Source of the DNA: an uncultured Acidimicrobiia bacterium
GTDB lineage: Bacteria > Acidobacteriota > Terriglobia > Versatilivoradales > Versatilivoraceae
Reading direction: 5' to 3'
DNA: 64,000 bases
NCBI GenBank assembly: GCA_963752385.1
Contig: CAVVYL010000044.1
Coordinates: 192,062-256,061 of the forward strand
A program made the position numbers and the translations under genes. Of this stretch, positions 52,869 through 63,431 are shown one piece after another. Each line of letters begins with the position of its first letter. Within the stretch, counting starts at the first letter, position 1. Under the pieces are notes generated by a model. That model made no database searches, was not told the DNA's origin, and saw only the letters and a list, made by a program, of their open reading frames with translations.

Positions 52869-55343
52869 CTACCTCCCTGTGTTGACCAGCTTTGATGAAG
52901 TTTCAAGTCGAGCGACGAGGAGCCGGATCTCCCTCGGAGGAATTTTGTAAGGTACCTTTCGCTCCTGATTGCCTATCACACTCGAAAAGGCGAGCTGAAT
53001 CTGGTGTTCTCCCGGTGATGCAGAAGTCTGCGCTTCAAAAACCATACGAAACTCGTCCTTGCCTGGTAACACTTGAACCGGCTCTGACGTGATTTTGTCT
53101 GGGAGCAAATCGGCTTTGATGGTCACGGGTTCGTTGAAACTTGGTTCTCTCACTACTTTGCCTGCTAGTTCCACGGTGTGGCCAGGTTGCAAAGTAATGT
53201 TCGTCACCGGGAGTTCGATCTTGTACCCTTGGACCACTTCAACGGTCACGGGCCTTGAATAGATGGTCTGGGCCCCATTGCTGGTCTCCACCTCTCCAAG
53301 CAATACCAGGTTAAATGTCTGCAAGGGCACGCGCTCGACGGCCTTCATGTTGAACACACCCTCCCTCAAATATTCGGCCTTAGCGTCTTCGGAGGGACTG
53401 ATCAGAACCTCTTTGAGCCCAGGGGTATCCAAACCAACTTTCTTGGGTGGCCGAATCTCGGGACTGTCCGTCTTGAACTGCCACTTGATCTCATGCTCGG
53501 TGCCCTGCACAAACCGAATCGTGGAAGGCCCTTCCACTATCAATCTGGCGGGAATTTCTTTTGTCACCATCAACGGCAACTCAAGACTCAGCCAGGGAAA
53601 CTGGACCGGCCTATAGCGGTCTATTTGGTTGGGGTCGGGCACACCAGTCCTGCCAAGAACTTCCGTGACAAGGCCGGGACCACGGGCTCGGCGACGAATC
53701 ACCGTGCCATCCTCCAGAGTTGCCTCACCCCAAACAGACAGTTCCGCGGTGCGCGGGGTCGCACCCTCCTTGCTTGTTATGCTCAAGATACCCCGCCGGG
53801 AGACTGAAAAGATGCTATTCGCCTCCTGGCGTTCCTCAGGAATGAGGCCGCCCTCCACGATCAAGTCCTGATCTGCATCTGGAATCAGCAGCTGGATCGG
53901 TCCTTTGAAACCACGGCGGTCGGCAGTCACACTGACGATGGCCGTTCCGTTGGCGGGGACGTTAACATAGGCCGAATCGAGCTTCAGGGTGAAATCCGAT
54001 GGTTGTTTGTTTGCCAAAAGGCGATAGCCAAAGAGCGGCCCTCCCCTTTCAACCAGATCTTCGATGGTGACGAAGACTTCCTGAGCACCTTCAGGAGCTT
54101 CAAAACTCACATAGGGGTCCGAACTGGTGCGTCCGGGCTCAATCAATGAAAATTCATCGGGATTGGGGATATCGTCACCACCCGAGGCTAATCTTTTTCC
54201 CGCAGAATCTAGAATCGTGATCCGGCCGAAGAGCCGTGAGGTCCCCAATTCAGCGGCCTTCAGTTCCACCATCCATTTTTCCCCCGGCTTGACTGCAAGC
54301 TTGTAGCGATCCACTTCCCCAGGCTTTGAAATTCGACCATTGACTATCGTTGAGGGCTCGAGAGGGATGACCTGTACTCCTTCCGGCTCTAACTTTTCAG
54401 GCAGGTCACTTATCGCAAAGTGAATCGGCGAGCTTGCCGGCGCTTCTGGAACCCTGATCAGCGCGAAGTTAGCTTTCTGCTCCACACCACTGAGGTCCAC
54501 AGCCGGCTGCGAGGCTTTTGGGATGTTTCCTCCAATCAGTTGGACTTGGGTTTTCTCGCCTCGCCTCCAGCCCAACGGGAAGATGCCCTCTACATAAGCG
54601 AAGGACCCCACCTTCAGGCGGTAGAAATTCAGGTTCTGTTCACTGAATCGGGCATCATGCACTACGACGTAGTAGTCCCCCTCTATAGGGAAGGAAACGT
54701 CCAGTCGGCAATCCAAGCCCAACCCAGGAGTATCGTTGGTGATAGCGATCTGTTTCCTCTGGCCGTCCAGCAATGCGATCACAGGATCGATGGCTGACGC
54801 GGAACGTCGAGCTTCCACCTCCAATACCAGACGTTCTCCCTTCTTGGCGTGGATCTTGTAGACATCTCTGTCCGGACCGTTCAGCGTCCCATTAACTGTA
54901 ACCGGTGCAGCAATAGGCTCACTGCTTTCCGACGAATTATTGACTGCCGAATGAACCAGTTGTTCTGACTCCTTTTCCATCACTTCCGGAAGGGTGCCCA
55001 CACTGAAGAGCAACACGTTTGACAGGCCATCCATGGTCTTAACGCGGATAGGATAGAATCCCACGGGCGTGTCAGCCGGTAATTCCACCAAGTAGAGGAT
55101 CGCGTCCTGATTCGCATTCTGGCTCTGCTGCTTCTCCCCTTTGGTCAACGGTGTAAAGGAGGCCGGCAAACTGGAGACGACTTGCACCGCACTCCCTAAG
55201 CCGGTTCCCACCAGAGTCACGGTGACCGGCTTGCCACGTTGAGCTCCCCACGGATGCAATTTTTGCAGGACAGGAGCTGCGCCGTATGCGCCAACACCAA
55301 GAGAGAGCAGCAACAGGAAAGAGGCCGCGATCCTCTTCATCAT
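52869..55343 (-). CDS. large secreted protein with repeated Ig-like/beta-sandwich domains (function unknown)
   Basis: Signal peptide MMKRIAASFLLLLSLGVGAYGA. ~820 aa of beta-rich repeats. Sits between the PSCyt1-WD40 gene and the DUF1549/1553 gene. Confidence 0.55.
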   Translation of the reverse strand: MMKRIAASFLLLLSLGVGAYGAAPVLQKLHPWGAQRGKPVTVTLVGTGLGSAVQVVSSLPASFTPLTKGEKQQSQNANQDAILYLVELPADTPVGFYPIRVKTMDGLSNVLLFSVGTLPEVMEKESEQLVHSAVNNSSESSEPIAAPVTVNGTLNGPDRDVYKIHAKKGERLVLEVEARRSASAIDPVIALLDGQRKQIAITNDTPGLGLDCRLDVSFPIEGDYYVVVHDARFSEQNLNFYRLKVGSFAYVEGIFPLGWRRGEKTQVQLIGGNIPKASQPAVDLSGVEQKANFALIRVPEAPASSPIHFAISDLPEKLEPEGVQVIPLEPSTIVNGRISKPGEVDRYKLAVKPGEKWMVELKAAELGTSRLFGRITILDSAGKRLASGGDDIPNPDEFSLIEPGRTSSDPYVSFEAPEGAQEVFVTIEDLVERGGPLFGYRLLANKQPSDFTLKLDSAYVNVPANGTAIVSVTADRRGFKGPIQLLIPDADQDLIVEGGLIPEERQEANSIFSVSRRGILSITSKEGATPRTAELSVWGEATLEDGTVIRRRARGPGLVTEVLGRTGVPDPNQIDRYRPVQFPWLSLELPLMVTKEIPARLIVEGPSTIRFVQGTEHEIKWQFKTDSPEIRPPKKVGLDTPGLKEVLISPSEDAKAEYLREGVFNMKAVERVPLQTFNLVLLGEVETSNGAQTIYSRPVTVEVVQGYKIELPVTNITLQPGHTVELAGKVVREPSFNEPVTIKADLLPDKITSEPVQVLPGKDEFRMVFEAQTSASPGEHQIQLAFSSVIGNQERKVPYKIPPREIRLLVARLETSSKLVNTGR

Positions 55344-55505
55344 CCCCATGCATCTTTGAGAAATCGAGGAGTATCCTTGAGTCTCCCGGCCCTCGACGAT
55401 CCCGTCCGGTCTGAGACCAGAAGGGCAACTTGTGAGCCGGAGCCCGTTACTGAACTTTGCAATCATCTTTCATTCCTGGTTTGCACGCTGTCCACCGACA
55501 AACAA

Positions 55506-56891
55506 CTAGTTTGAAGAGATTAAGGGCTTGTCAATTGGGACTGGAACAAACTCTTTCAAAAGCTTCCCCGAGTCCACTGCATAGATTCGGACGCGTCCGT
55601 CAAAACCGCTAGTAGCGATCTCTTTGCCATTAGGGTGGAAGTCCAGAGCGTAGATGCCGGCGCTCCCCTGGCAAGTCGCCAAATGTTGGCCCGCTTCCAC
55701 GTCATAAATCGGAACTTCACTGGCCCCGCCAGCCACAGCCACTCTCCTTCCGTCCCTGCTAAAAGCCACGGCGAAGATCTCGCCGTTCTGTCGGTCGAAC
55801 TTTCGAATGAGAGTCGACTCGTCCGCAATCAGCATCTTTCTGGGACGATCCATCATGTAGTAGTAGGGAATTCTTTCGGCGCCTCCAACGACGACGGCAT
55901 CACGAGAAGGATGACGTGCCATGGCAGTCAATTCACCGTGCAATAGATTGATATTCTCGACGAAAGCACCATTGGCTGCGCTAGCCAACTTCGCTGCTCC
56001 ATCTCGGCCCACTGAAACGATGCGACTACCGTCGATACCAAATGCGGTTCCAAGAACCCAGTTTTCGTGGTGCCCCATCTTCAGTAACTCCTTGCCGGTC
56101 GCAACCTCATGCATGCGAACCGTATTGTCAGAGCAACCGAAGACAACCTTTGAACCGTCAGGGGAAACTGAAGCCCCAAAGAGCGTATCGTTGCAGGCCG
56201 TAATCGATCGCTGCAACTTTCTCGTAGCAACGTCCCACACCTGCAATTCTCCAAAGCTGGCCGGCGTTCCTCCCGACGCAATTAACGTCCGGCCGTCAGC
56301 CGTGAAGACCAAAGACTGGATGCGATCTGACAGACCTACCAGCCGCCCCAGCAAGCCTTGTCCGTCACTCTTGTGCAGGAGAACTTCACGGTAGCCGGAA
56401 ACCGCCAACAGAGTGCCATCCGGAGTGTATGCCAATGCAGTAACTACTGGAGGCAAGCTATAGCTGGGCGGCTCCGTGGTGGCGGCTGGCTGCTTGACGG
56501 CCTCTGGAGTGTCATCTCTTGCACCGCTATCGATCCATCGCTGGAAGAGCTTGATCTGGTCTGGATCCAGCGGTGGTTGCCCGAGAGGCATTCGAGGCTC
56601 ACGCTTTCCCGAGACCAGGGCCAGGACAAGACTGTTGCCCGAGTCCTGAGCCACGAAGGCCGGCCCGCTCTTGCCGCCTTTGCGAAACGTCTGGTACTGC
56701 GTCAGGTCCAGATTTCCCTGCTTGACCGAGGGCTGATGGCACCCTTGACAACGGCGCTGGAGGATGGGCCAGATTTCACGGAAATAGCTTACTTTCTCAG
56801 CATCCTTGGGGTCTGTGGACGCTGCCGCGTCAGCAAAGAAAGACGGGAAAACTAGGAGAAAGAACAACGCTTTTTTCAGAAGCGATTTCAT
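55506..56891 (-). CDS. PSCyt1 (planctomycete-type c-type cytochrome domain) + WD40 beta-propeller protein
   Basis: Signal peptide; CQGCHQ haem-binding-like CxxCH motif in FREIWPILQRRCQGCHQPSVKQGNLDL; C-terminal WD-like repeats. Confidence 0.7.
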   Translation of the reverse strand: MKSLLKKALFFLLVFPSFFADAAASTDPKDAEKVSYFREIWPILQRRCQGCHQPSVKQGNLDLTQYQTFRKGGKSGPAFVAQDSGNSLVLALVSGKREPRMPLGQPPLDPDQIKLFQRWIDSGARDDTPEAVKQPAATTEPPSYSLPPVVTALAYTPDGTLLAVSGYREVLLHKSDGQGLLGRLVGLSDRIQSLVFTADGRTLIASGGTPASFGELQVWDVATRKLQRSITACNDTLFGASVSPDGSKVVFGCSDNTVRMHEVATGKELLKMGHHENWVLGTAFGIDGSRIVSVGRDGAAKLASAANGAFVENINLLHGELTAMARHPSRDAVVVGGAERIPYYYMMDRPRKMLIADESTLIRKFDRQNGEIFAVAFSRDGRRVAVAGGASEVPIYDVEAGQHLATCQGSAGIYALDFHPNGKEIATSGFDGRVRIYAVDSGKLLKEFVPVPIDKPLISSN

Positions 56892-57225
56892 GTCTACCCA
56901 ACTCCGCTCAATTTCTCAGTTGGTTCATGGACTTGAGTTACTAAGACTACCAGTTTGATGTCGAAACATCAAAGACCATGCTGGATAAAACGAATGAACG
57001 CATGTAATTGATTACGCATCCACAGGGTAACTGGGCCTAGAATGTTGCCAACGGAATTCGGGATCTACCGTTTCAAGCAGACCCGTGCATATGGTTTCCC
57101 TTAATCTGACGACAGTGTTCTGAACTTGCCAGAGAACGCAAGTGTTAACTGCTCTGGCTTTCAGGAACAGCCTTGCTGACAGGGCTGGAATCATCTTTGG
57201 GTCCCGAAAGGAGCACAAAAATGGG

Positions 57226-58089
57226 TCAGAAGCTGGAGGCTGCCTGAATGGCATCTTCGGACTGACTTGAATTGTAGCCCAACAGGGTAGAGAGCCGAAG
57301 ACCGACGCTCCTCATCTCTTTCTTAACTGTTTCCATCGCCGCTTCCATACGAATCGCCGGACCCGAAAGGCTGATGGCGGCGACTGCTTCGCCAGCATGA
57401 TTGAAGATCGGAGCGCCCACGCAAATGACTCCCTCGATGGTCTCTCCAACATTGGTTGCAACTCGCTCCCGGCGGGTCTTTTCCAGCTCGTTAAAAAGGA
57501 CCGCACGAGTCGTGATGGTAGCACTTGTTTTCTTCGGCAAGCCATGGGTGCGAACGATGGCTTGCAGCTCCTGCTCAGGAAGGTAGGCCAGCAAGCATTT
57601 GCCCATGGCCGTGCAGTGGGCATGATTCGAATCGCCCAGTACCACCGCGATGCGATAGGGATTCTGGCTTTCACAGACGGCAATATTCGTGACGAGCCCA
57701 TTTTCAAGAACACCGATGTGAATCGATTCGCCAAAGCGCAACATGAGAGCATTCATGAAGGGCTTAGCCAGTAGTGTCAATCGCTGATAAGGTAGGGTAT
57801 CCTTCCCTAATTCGTAGAAGCTTTGGGATAACATGTACCTGCCCGTCTCCAGTTGCTTGTCGACGTAACCAATCCTCTGAAGAGTGTAGAGGAGGCGATG
57901 GACGGTATTCTTGGCTAATCCGGTCAATCGAGTGACTTCTTCCAGCGTCACTGGACTATGGCCACATTGACCCATGGCTTGAATGACCAGAAAGACCCTC
58001 TCAGCTACACGTACAAAGTTCTTATCACTCTCTTTTCTTGCAATCCTGCCCGGCGTTCTGGCAGCTCCTGACTCGACTCGACCCATCAC
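57226..58089 (-). CDS. IclR-family transcriptional regulator
   Basis: N-terminal wHTH VTLEEVTRLTGLAKNTVHRLLYTLQRIGYV and C-terminal IclR effector-binding domain (ISLSGPAIRM). Confidence 0.8.
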   Translation of the reverse strand: MMGRVESGAARTPGRIARKESDKNFVRVAERVFLVIQAMGQCGHSPVTLEEVTRLTGLAKNTVHRLLYTLQRIGYVDKQLETGRYMLSQSFYELGKDTLPYQRLTLLAKPFMNALMLRFGESIHIGVLENGLVTNIAVCESQNPYRIAVVLGDSNHAHCTAMGKCLLAYLPEQELQAIVRTHGLPKKTSATITTRAVLFNELEKTRRERVATNVGETIEGVICVGAPIFNHAGEAVAAISLSGPAIRMEAAMETVKKEMRSVGLRLSTLLGYNSSQSEDAIQAASSF

Positions 58090-58929
58090 CGGAATCTTTT
58101 TTCGACGATAGCTCTATAGGGCGATAAAACTATTGAAATTCCCTGGAGAATGCAAGGAAAAGCTTCGTTTCCGGGAAGGATCCCGAATTTGTAATGCTCA
58201 AAGCGAGATGAATTTCAGCTAAGTGCTCTAGCCTCTGACTCGTAATTACGGTGAGGCGTTTTCATTACTCAGTTCGGGCCGCCTTGGCCTTGGAAGAAGC
58301 AAGCTTCGAGAGGAACTCAGCCAACTCTCGGCGAGTGACCCACCGACAATGTGGGCATTGCGTTCTTGAAGAGCGAGTAGGCGGTTCTTGACTTCGGCAA
58401 AGGACTGAAAGTCATGGGACGTAAGCACGTCGCGCTCGCCACCTGGCAATGCCAGGCGTGCGCAACAGCAGAACCCGGCTGCGCCATCTGGACTTCAGAC
58501 AGTTGGCGGGCTTCAGAGCCCCGATGCGCCGAGAAGTTATCCGCGATTTGGCCCCCGCGTCGAGCTGGAATACCCGATCAGCCGGATGCATCAGTTCATT
58601 CATTGAAATGGTACTAAGCTAGAAGGTTTCTGGCTCAAAGAAGAGTTGATACTCCGCTGATCGCTGCCCTACCTCCTTGCCCATCAGGAACGCAGCCCAG
58701 TAGTCCCTAAAACAATCGAAAAAAATGGGACCTATCCCGTTTTTTCTTGACAACCACAATTTCGGTCGTCTAGGTTTGTACACTTCAAAGCAACATAAGA
58801 TTCTCGCCACAGGTTGTTGGCGTTCAGGTCCGCGGGAAGGCGTGGAACCCAGTGAACCAGAGTGGCCACAATGACGGGAACCCTCAAGCACAGTGGTCGC
58901 TTTGTTTTCCATCGAACAACACAATTGCA

Positions 58930-60090
58930 GTGACCAACGGCAGGTGCTTCCGTCATCAATTGTTGCTAGGCCGCCAGAGGGATTCCTCGAATAGGGAAAC
59001 TGACCGGCCGGGCCGTTTCGAAGAGCGCGAATATGACTTTCTTCGACGCCACAAAAAGCTCCCTCGATGAGAAGATTTCCCTTAACGTCAGCGCCCGCCT
59101 GGTCAACCCAGCCTGCCGGGCCGGTGTCCTGACTTCCCGTCCAAATTTCAGCGCCCGGTGAGGCCTCACGAAATTGTAATGGCAGCGAAGCAGCTCCAGG
59201 TGATCGTCGAGACATTGCTTCCACCGGGCCTGACAGATCGTTCGGCGACCCAGATACGACGAGCCCTGTCGAATCGTGAGATTCAGCCGTTCAACAAACG
59301 AGGTGTTCAGTTTCAGTGAGTCTTCCGAGTCCCGCAGAGCTTGTTTCAATCTCCCAGCTCCGATCACGGCTCTTCGCTCCACCCTGACCACCCGATCGTT
59401 CCTGCGCGTCTTGATCACCTGACCGTAAACACACGCTGGCCCAAACACTCGCCCGATGACTCTCTCATAGAACTTGAATCCATCCGTCGTGATGAGTGGA
59501 GTCACTTCAAGATTCATTCGGTTGGAAAGGTCTTGAAACAGGTCCAGCGTGTTGCGGTAGCTTCGTTTGCCGACGACCGTCGATGGCCAAAGCCGAGACC
59601 AGACGTCGATCACAACGAAAACCCAGATCGCCTGTTCCCTGCCCCCAATGATCGTTCGGATCTCGTCTGCCTGAAGCTCCGCGACGGAGAGTCCCTTTAA
59701 TTTGCGATGGCTGAACCGACGACACCAGCCGGCTGCTTTTTCCAGCCAGCGATGGACCGTATTCCAGGCAATACGCTTGACTCGAGCGATCGCAGACTTA
59801 TTCAGACCTTCGACACTGAGAGCAGCAACCTCATCAAAGACCGTACGCCGGTGCTGAAGTCGATAATAAGGTGTCCGGGTTGTCGAGCAGAAGGTCTTTC
59901 CACAAGTCCGGCACTGGTAGCGACGACGCTTTCCCCACCGAGTCGTGTAAAAGCCGTGGCGAATGATGGCTCCGAGGTCGCCTTTTCCCGAGGGAGGGCA
60001 GTGCCGCTTGGGACAGCTGAGACTCTTCATGGTTATGGGACCCTGTAGGCGCCAGGACTGATGGCCTCAAATTGAGTCTCAAACTATACC
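58930..60090 (-). mobile_element. IS1-family insertion sequence with intact fused InsAB-type transposase (CDS 58966..60030, 354 aa)
   Basis: N-terminal Zn-finger MKSLSCPKRHCPPSGKGDLGAIIRHGFYTTRWGKRRRYQCRTCGKTF (cf. IS1 InsA CPxC...QRYxCxxCRKT). DDE-domain body VIDVWSRLWPSTVVGKRSY. Terminal sequence ...AAACTATACC at 60081..60090. The other end is not precisely mapped. Confidence 0.75.
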
Positions 60091-60138
60091 AAAGAAGCCA
60101 AAGGGGAGTGGCGACGGATCAGCAAGGAACTTCGACAC

Positions 60139-60402
60139 ATGGGATTGTTGACTCGCGTCGACCGGGCAGTGCTCGCGCTTTACTGTCAGACCTGGTCGAG
60201 ATGGGTTGAAGCGGAAAAGCATCTCGAAAGCGAGGGTTCAGTTCAGGAAGGCCGACAAAAAGGATTGGTCAAGTCTCCCTGGGTTCGGATCGCAGCAGAG
60301 GCGGCGGAACATCTTGCCAGGTTCGCCGTTGAGTTTGGATTGACGCCATCAAGCCGCGGCCGGCTGGCACGTTCCTGGAGCCAAAGAGCGCACCTTACCT
60401 GA
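60139..60402 (+). CDS. phage terminase small subunit (P27 family) C-terminal fragment
   Basis: VLALYCQTWSRWVEAEKHLESEGSVQE...FAVEFGLTPSSRGRL matches the P27-family C-terminal signature (EFGLTPxSRxRL). The N-terminal part is missing, starting ~50 bp from the IS1 end. Confidence 0.5.
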   Translation: MGLLTRVDRAVLALYCQTWSRWVEAEKHLESEGSVQEGRQKGLVKSPWVRIAAEAAEHLARFAVEFGLTPSSRGRLARSWSQRAHLT

Positions 60403-60670
60403 GATTGCGGCGGAGCGGGCCGAGGCAAACCGGAAAAAGAGCGGGGCTTAAACTAACTGTCTCGCTGGCGCCAAGCCAGTGAGGTCAGATTCTCGGAAGA
60501 GGAATTTTGCCGTTCGATGATCCACTTTTCCTTGCTTTGCGCCTTACCTGATAGAGCCTGCAATTGAGGCAAGATTAAAGAGGCCGGGAGGGCACCGCCG
60601 CCGGCATCAATTGTGCGGGGGCGTTCGCCGGCTTGCCATCGGCTGCCAGCCTATTTTAAAGGATAACAAA

Positions 60671-61479
60671 ATGCGTAGAAACAGCTTTCATCGACTCAAA
60701 AGCCTGCCCATCTCGCTGGCGATCACGCTCACCTTCGCCATTTCCTTGTCTTCCTTTGGCATCAGTGAAGACGTTACTCGGCGAAGACTCGATTTCGCTT
60801 CGGCCATTCAGTTGGTTCCCGTCATGGCGAACAATCCAGGCCAGTTTGGCTCGTTCTTCAAAACCAGAGTTTCGATTTTGAATGTCGCTCCTCTGAATTA
60901 CTCCATCAAAGCCACGCTGTACAACCAGAATGGCAAGGTGAACGAGGCGACCATCCCGATTGCCAATGGTCAGCAGCAGAACTATGAGAATTTCCTTCAA
61001 GAGGTATTCGCCTACCAAGGCGCCGGGACCGTCGAGCTGGATGCTTGGTTCGGAATACTCGGCGGAAGCAGCGACAACGAATTCTTGCTCAATGTCGAGG
61101 TCTATACTGAGAGCCCTTCTGGGCGTTACAAGACCATCGTCATCCCAGCTGGATCGCTGGATAGTATCTCTTCGAGCTTCCCGGCGTTCAGTCCCGGGAT
61201 TTACGTGGACGCCAATTCAAGAACAAATATCGGTTGCTTCAACGACGGCTTTGGAACGAACCTAATCAAGCCGAACTTCATAGCCCAGCAGGCACACTCA
61301 TCAATACCTATCAGATGGACCTTGGCGAGGATTCATGGAACCAGATCGGTCTTGGCGATCCTGTTTCCGGTGGCTACATTCGCTGGCGGCCTACGTCGAG
61401 CTGTTTCTGCTACTCCGTAGTCGTGGACAACACTTCCAACGATGGCAGCTTTATCCCGGCGACGAATTACATTCAGTGA
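60671..61479 (+). pseudogene. secreted beta-rich protein with an apparent frameshift near 61250-61290
   Basis: Signal peptide MRRNSFHRLKSLPISLAITLTFAISLSSFG. ORF 60611..61420 and ORF 61234..61479 (different frame, ending ...VVVDNTSNDGSFIPATNYIQ) both look protein-like. Confidence 0.4.
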
Positions 61480-62329
61480 ATCAGGTTGATTGTTTTCCCT
61501 GGGTGCAGCAGAAGCAAGTCAATGAAATCCCGCTCGAGCAGCTGGTGGCGATGGTATTGCGACATCACAAAACACCCGCGGCACTTGCTTCGGCGATCGT
61601 GCAAAGCTTGTCCGACATTCAGAACAGCACTGAAGCCTTCAGGAAGTTCAAGTCAAAGTGGAAACGTGGTGAACCGGGCCAGAGAGGGAAATGAGAATGC
61701 GACGGACCTTCTGGGATGTTTCCTCTCAAAGCAAAACGATATTGTGGTGAGGCAACACGTTGTGCTATCAAGTCTTCGGATGATATCCAGAACCATCTAA
61801 TCATTGGCTAGACCTCACGGACTGGAGCGATATGCCAACCGAGGAATCGCGGCTTCTGATTGAACGCCTACTTCGACTTCGTGACTCGGCACATGGAAGG
61901 ACTTCAGCGCGCCGTCCAGCTTGTCACGGACAGAGACGACGAGTTCGGAGCCGCGGCGTACCGGGCGAAGTTGCCGGCAGAGGTCCGGCAGATCGGCGAT
62001 GACATTATTGGACAACTGATTGAGTTCGCAGGTGACGCAAGCGCGGCCGTGAGGCGGTCGCCCATGCTGTCGGAGGCAGACGGCACGGAAGTCGGACACG
62101 CCACAAAGGGGATGCGAGCAGCCCTCAAGTTCGGGCGGTATCAACACTGGGACCCAGAAGTTCTTACATGACGAGGGCACCGTTCCGGTGTGAGACCCGC
62201 CGGCTCAGTCTGAAGAGCTCGCCGTATCGCCGAGCGAAGCCGGCGAGGCTTCGAGCAATGGGCAGCTCGGATGCATGCGGTCGTCGAGCTTGTTGGCGCA
62301 GGAGTCGGGGAAGGTCGTGTTGCTATTGC

Positions 62330-62770
62330 CGGGACTGGTCTCTCCGCGCCCGCAGGGTACCGCCCTGCTACAGCGTTCATCATGATGTCGATGCAACGCC
62401 AACTGCCAGAATTGATCGACGTCGCGGACGCAGTCAAACGCTGCTTCGGTCAGTTCGGCATCACTGCAGTGCGAGCCGACGACATCGAGATGGAGAAAAG
62501 TTATCACCAAGCGGATCCTCGACGAGATAAGAACTGCCGAGTTCCTTTTCGCAGACTTGAGCGGTGAACGTCCAAGCGTTTACTACGAAGTCGGCTACGC
62601 GCATGCGATAGGGCGTCGGGTGATGCTGTTCCGGAAGACGGGTACCGTCATCCACTTTGACCTGGCGGCATACAACTGCCCTGAGTACGAGAACCTCCGA
62701 GAACTTGATGAACTCGTGATCAAGCGGCTAGAACACGCGACCGGTCAGCGGGCGCGACGCGGGACGTCCG
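62330..62770 (+). pseudogene. small nucleoside 2-deoxyribosyltransferase-like / TIR-like nucleotide-processing domain protein, with a 1-bp frameshift near 62505
   Basis: Reading through the junction gives ...[61 protein letters not shown]... The FADLSGE(R)P[11 protein letters not shown] block is the hallmark of this superfamily. The shift lies in aaaagtt. Confidence 0.4.
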
Positions 62771-63088
62771 ACGTAAAGAATAGGAACGCGGGCGAAGGTC
62801 TAACCCGCTGCAGCCGACGAGCGGCGCGACAGGGTACAGCGCGAGTCGAGGGGCGTGAACGCCGCTCGCGGCTGAGCGGCAGGCCGTTAGGCGGCCGAAA
62901 CAGAGAAGCTGGAGGAGCCATGAAACGTGTCGCGATTCGCGTGCGTTCTTCTGCTGGGCACAATCGACGCTCGTGCCGAAACATGATCAGTTTGCCACGA
63001 ACAGAGCTGGATATCTGTTCTACTTATGTCCTTCGATGCCGCATTGTGCATCGACTTCGAAGACGAGATTCACCCGTAGGAAAACTGC

Positions 63089-63289
63089 ATGGCACTCGCA
63101 GAAGGTTTTAGGAGATTAAGCATCCTAATCGGGATTTCTAGCGCGGTTGCGTTCTTTTTCTTTGTTGCAGCAACTGAAAGGAAGACTGAAGGGATGCTTT
63201 GGCTAATATTGGTCCTCCTATCAGTTGGCGCCGGAATCGTCGGGTGGGGCGTTACTCGTCTGGTAGGTTGGGTTGTGAATGGCTCGTAG
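63089..63289 (+). CDS. small two-TM membrane protein (hypothetical)
   Basis: 66-aa ORF with two hydrophobic helices ([19 protein letters not shown]; [19 protein letters not shown]). Confidence 0.3.
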   Translation: MALAEGFRRLSILIGISSAVAFFFFVAATERKTEGMLWLILVLLSVGAGIVGWGVTRLVGWVVNGS

Positions 63290-63403
63290 TACATCGCGAC
63301 ACTAAGGCGATCATCCCTGTACTCACGCGCTGCACATCGTGGCCGAGAGACTCGTAGACACACTGGAGGGAACTGGATCACTGCTTCAAATTCGAGTGAG
63401 GAC

Positions 63404-63431
63404 CGGGCGGGCTTCGGCTCGCCCTTTTTTA
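63404..63431 (+). terminator. rho-independent terminator (GC-rich hairpin + T-tract)
   Basis: CGGGCGGGC-TTCG-GCTCGCCC followed by TTTTTTAT at 63425..63432. Confidence 0.45.
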
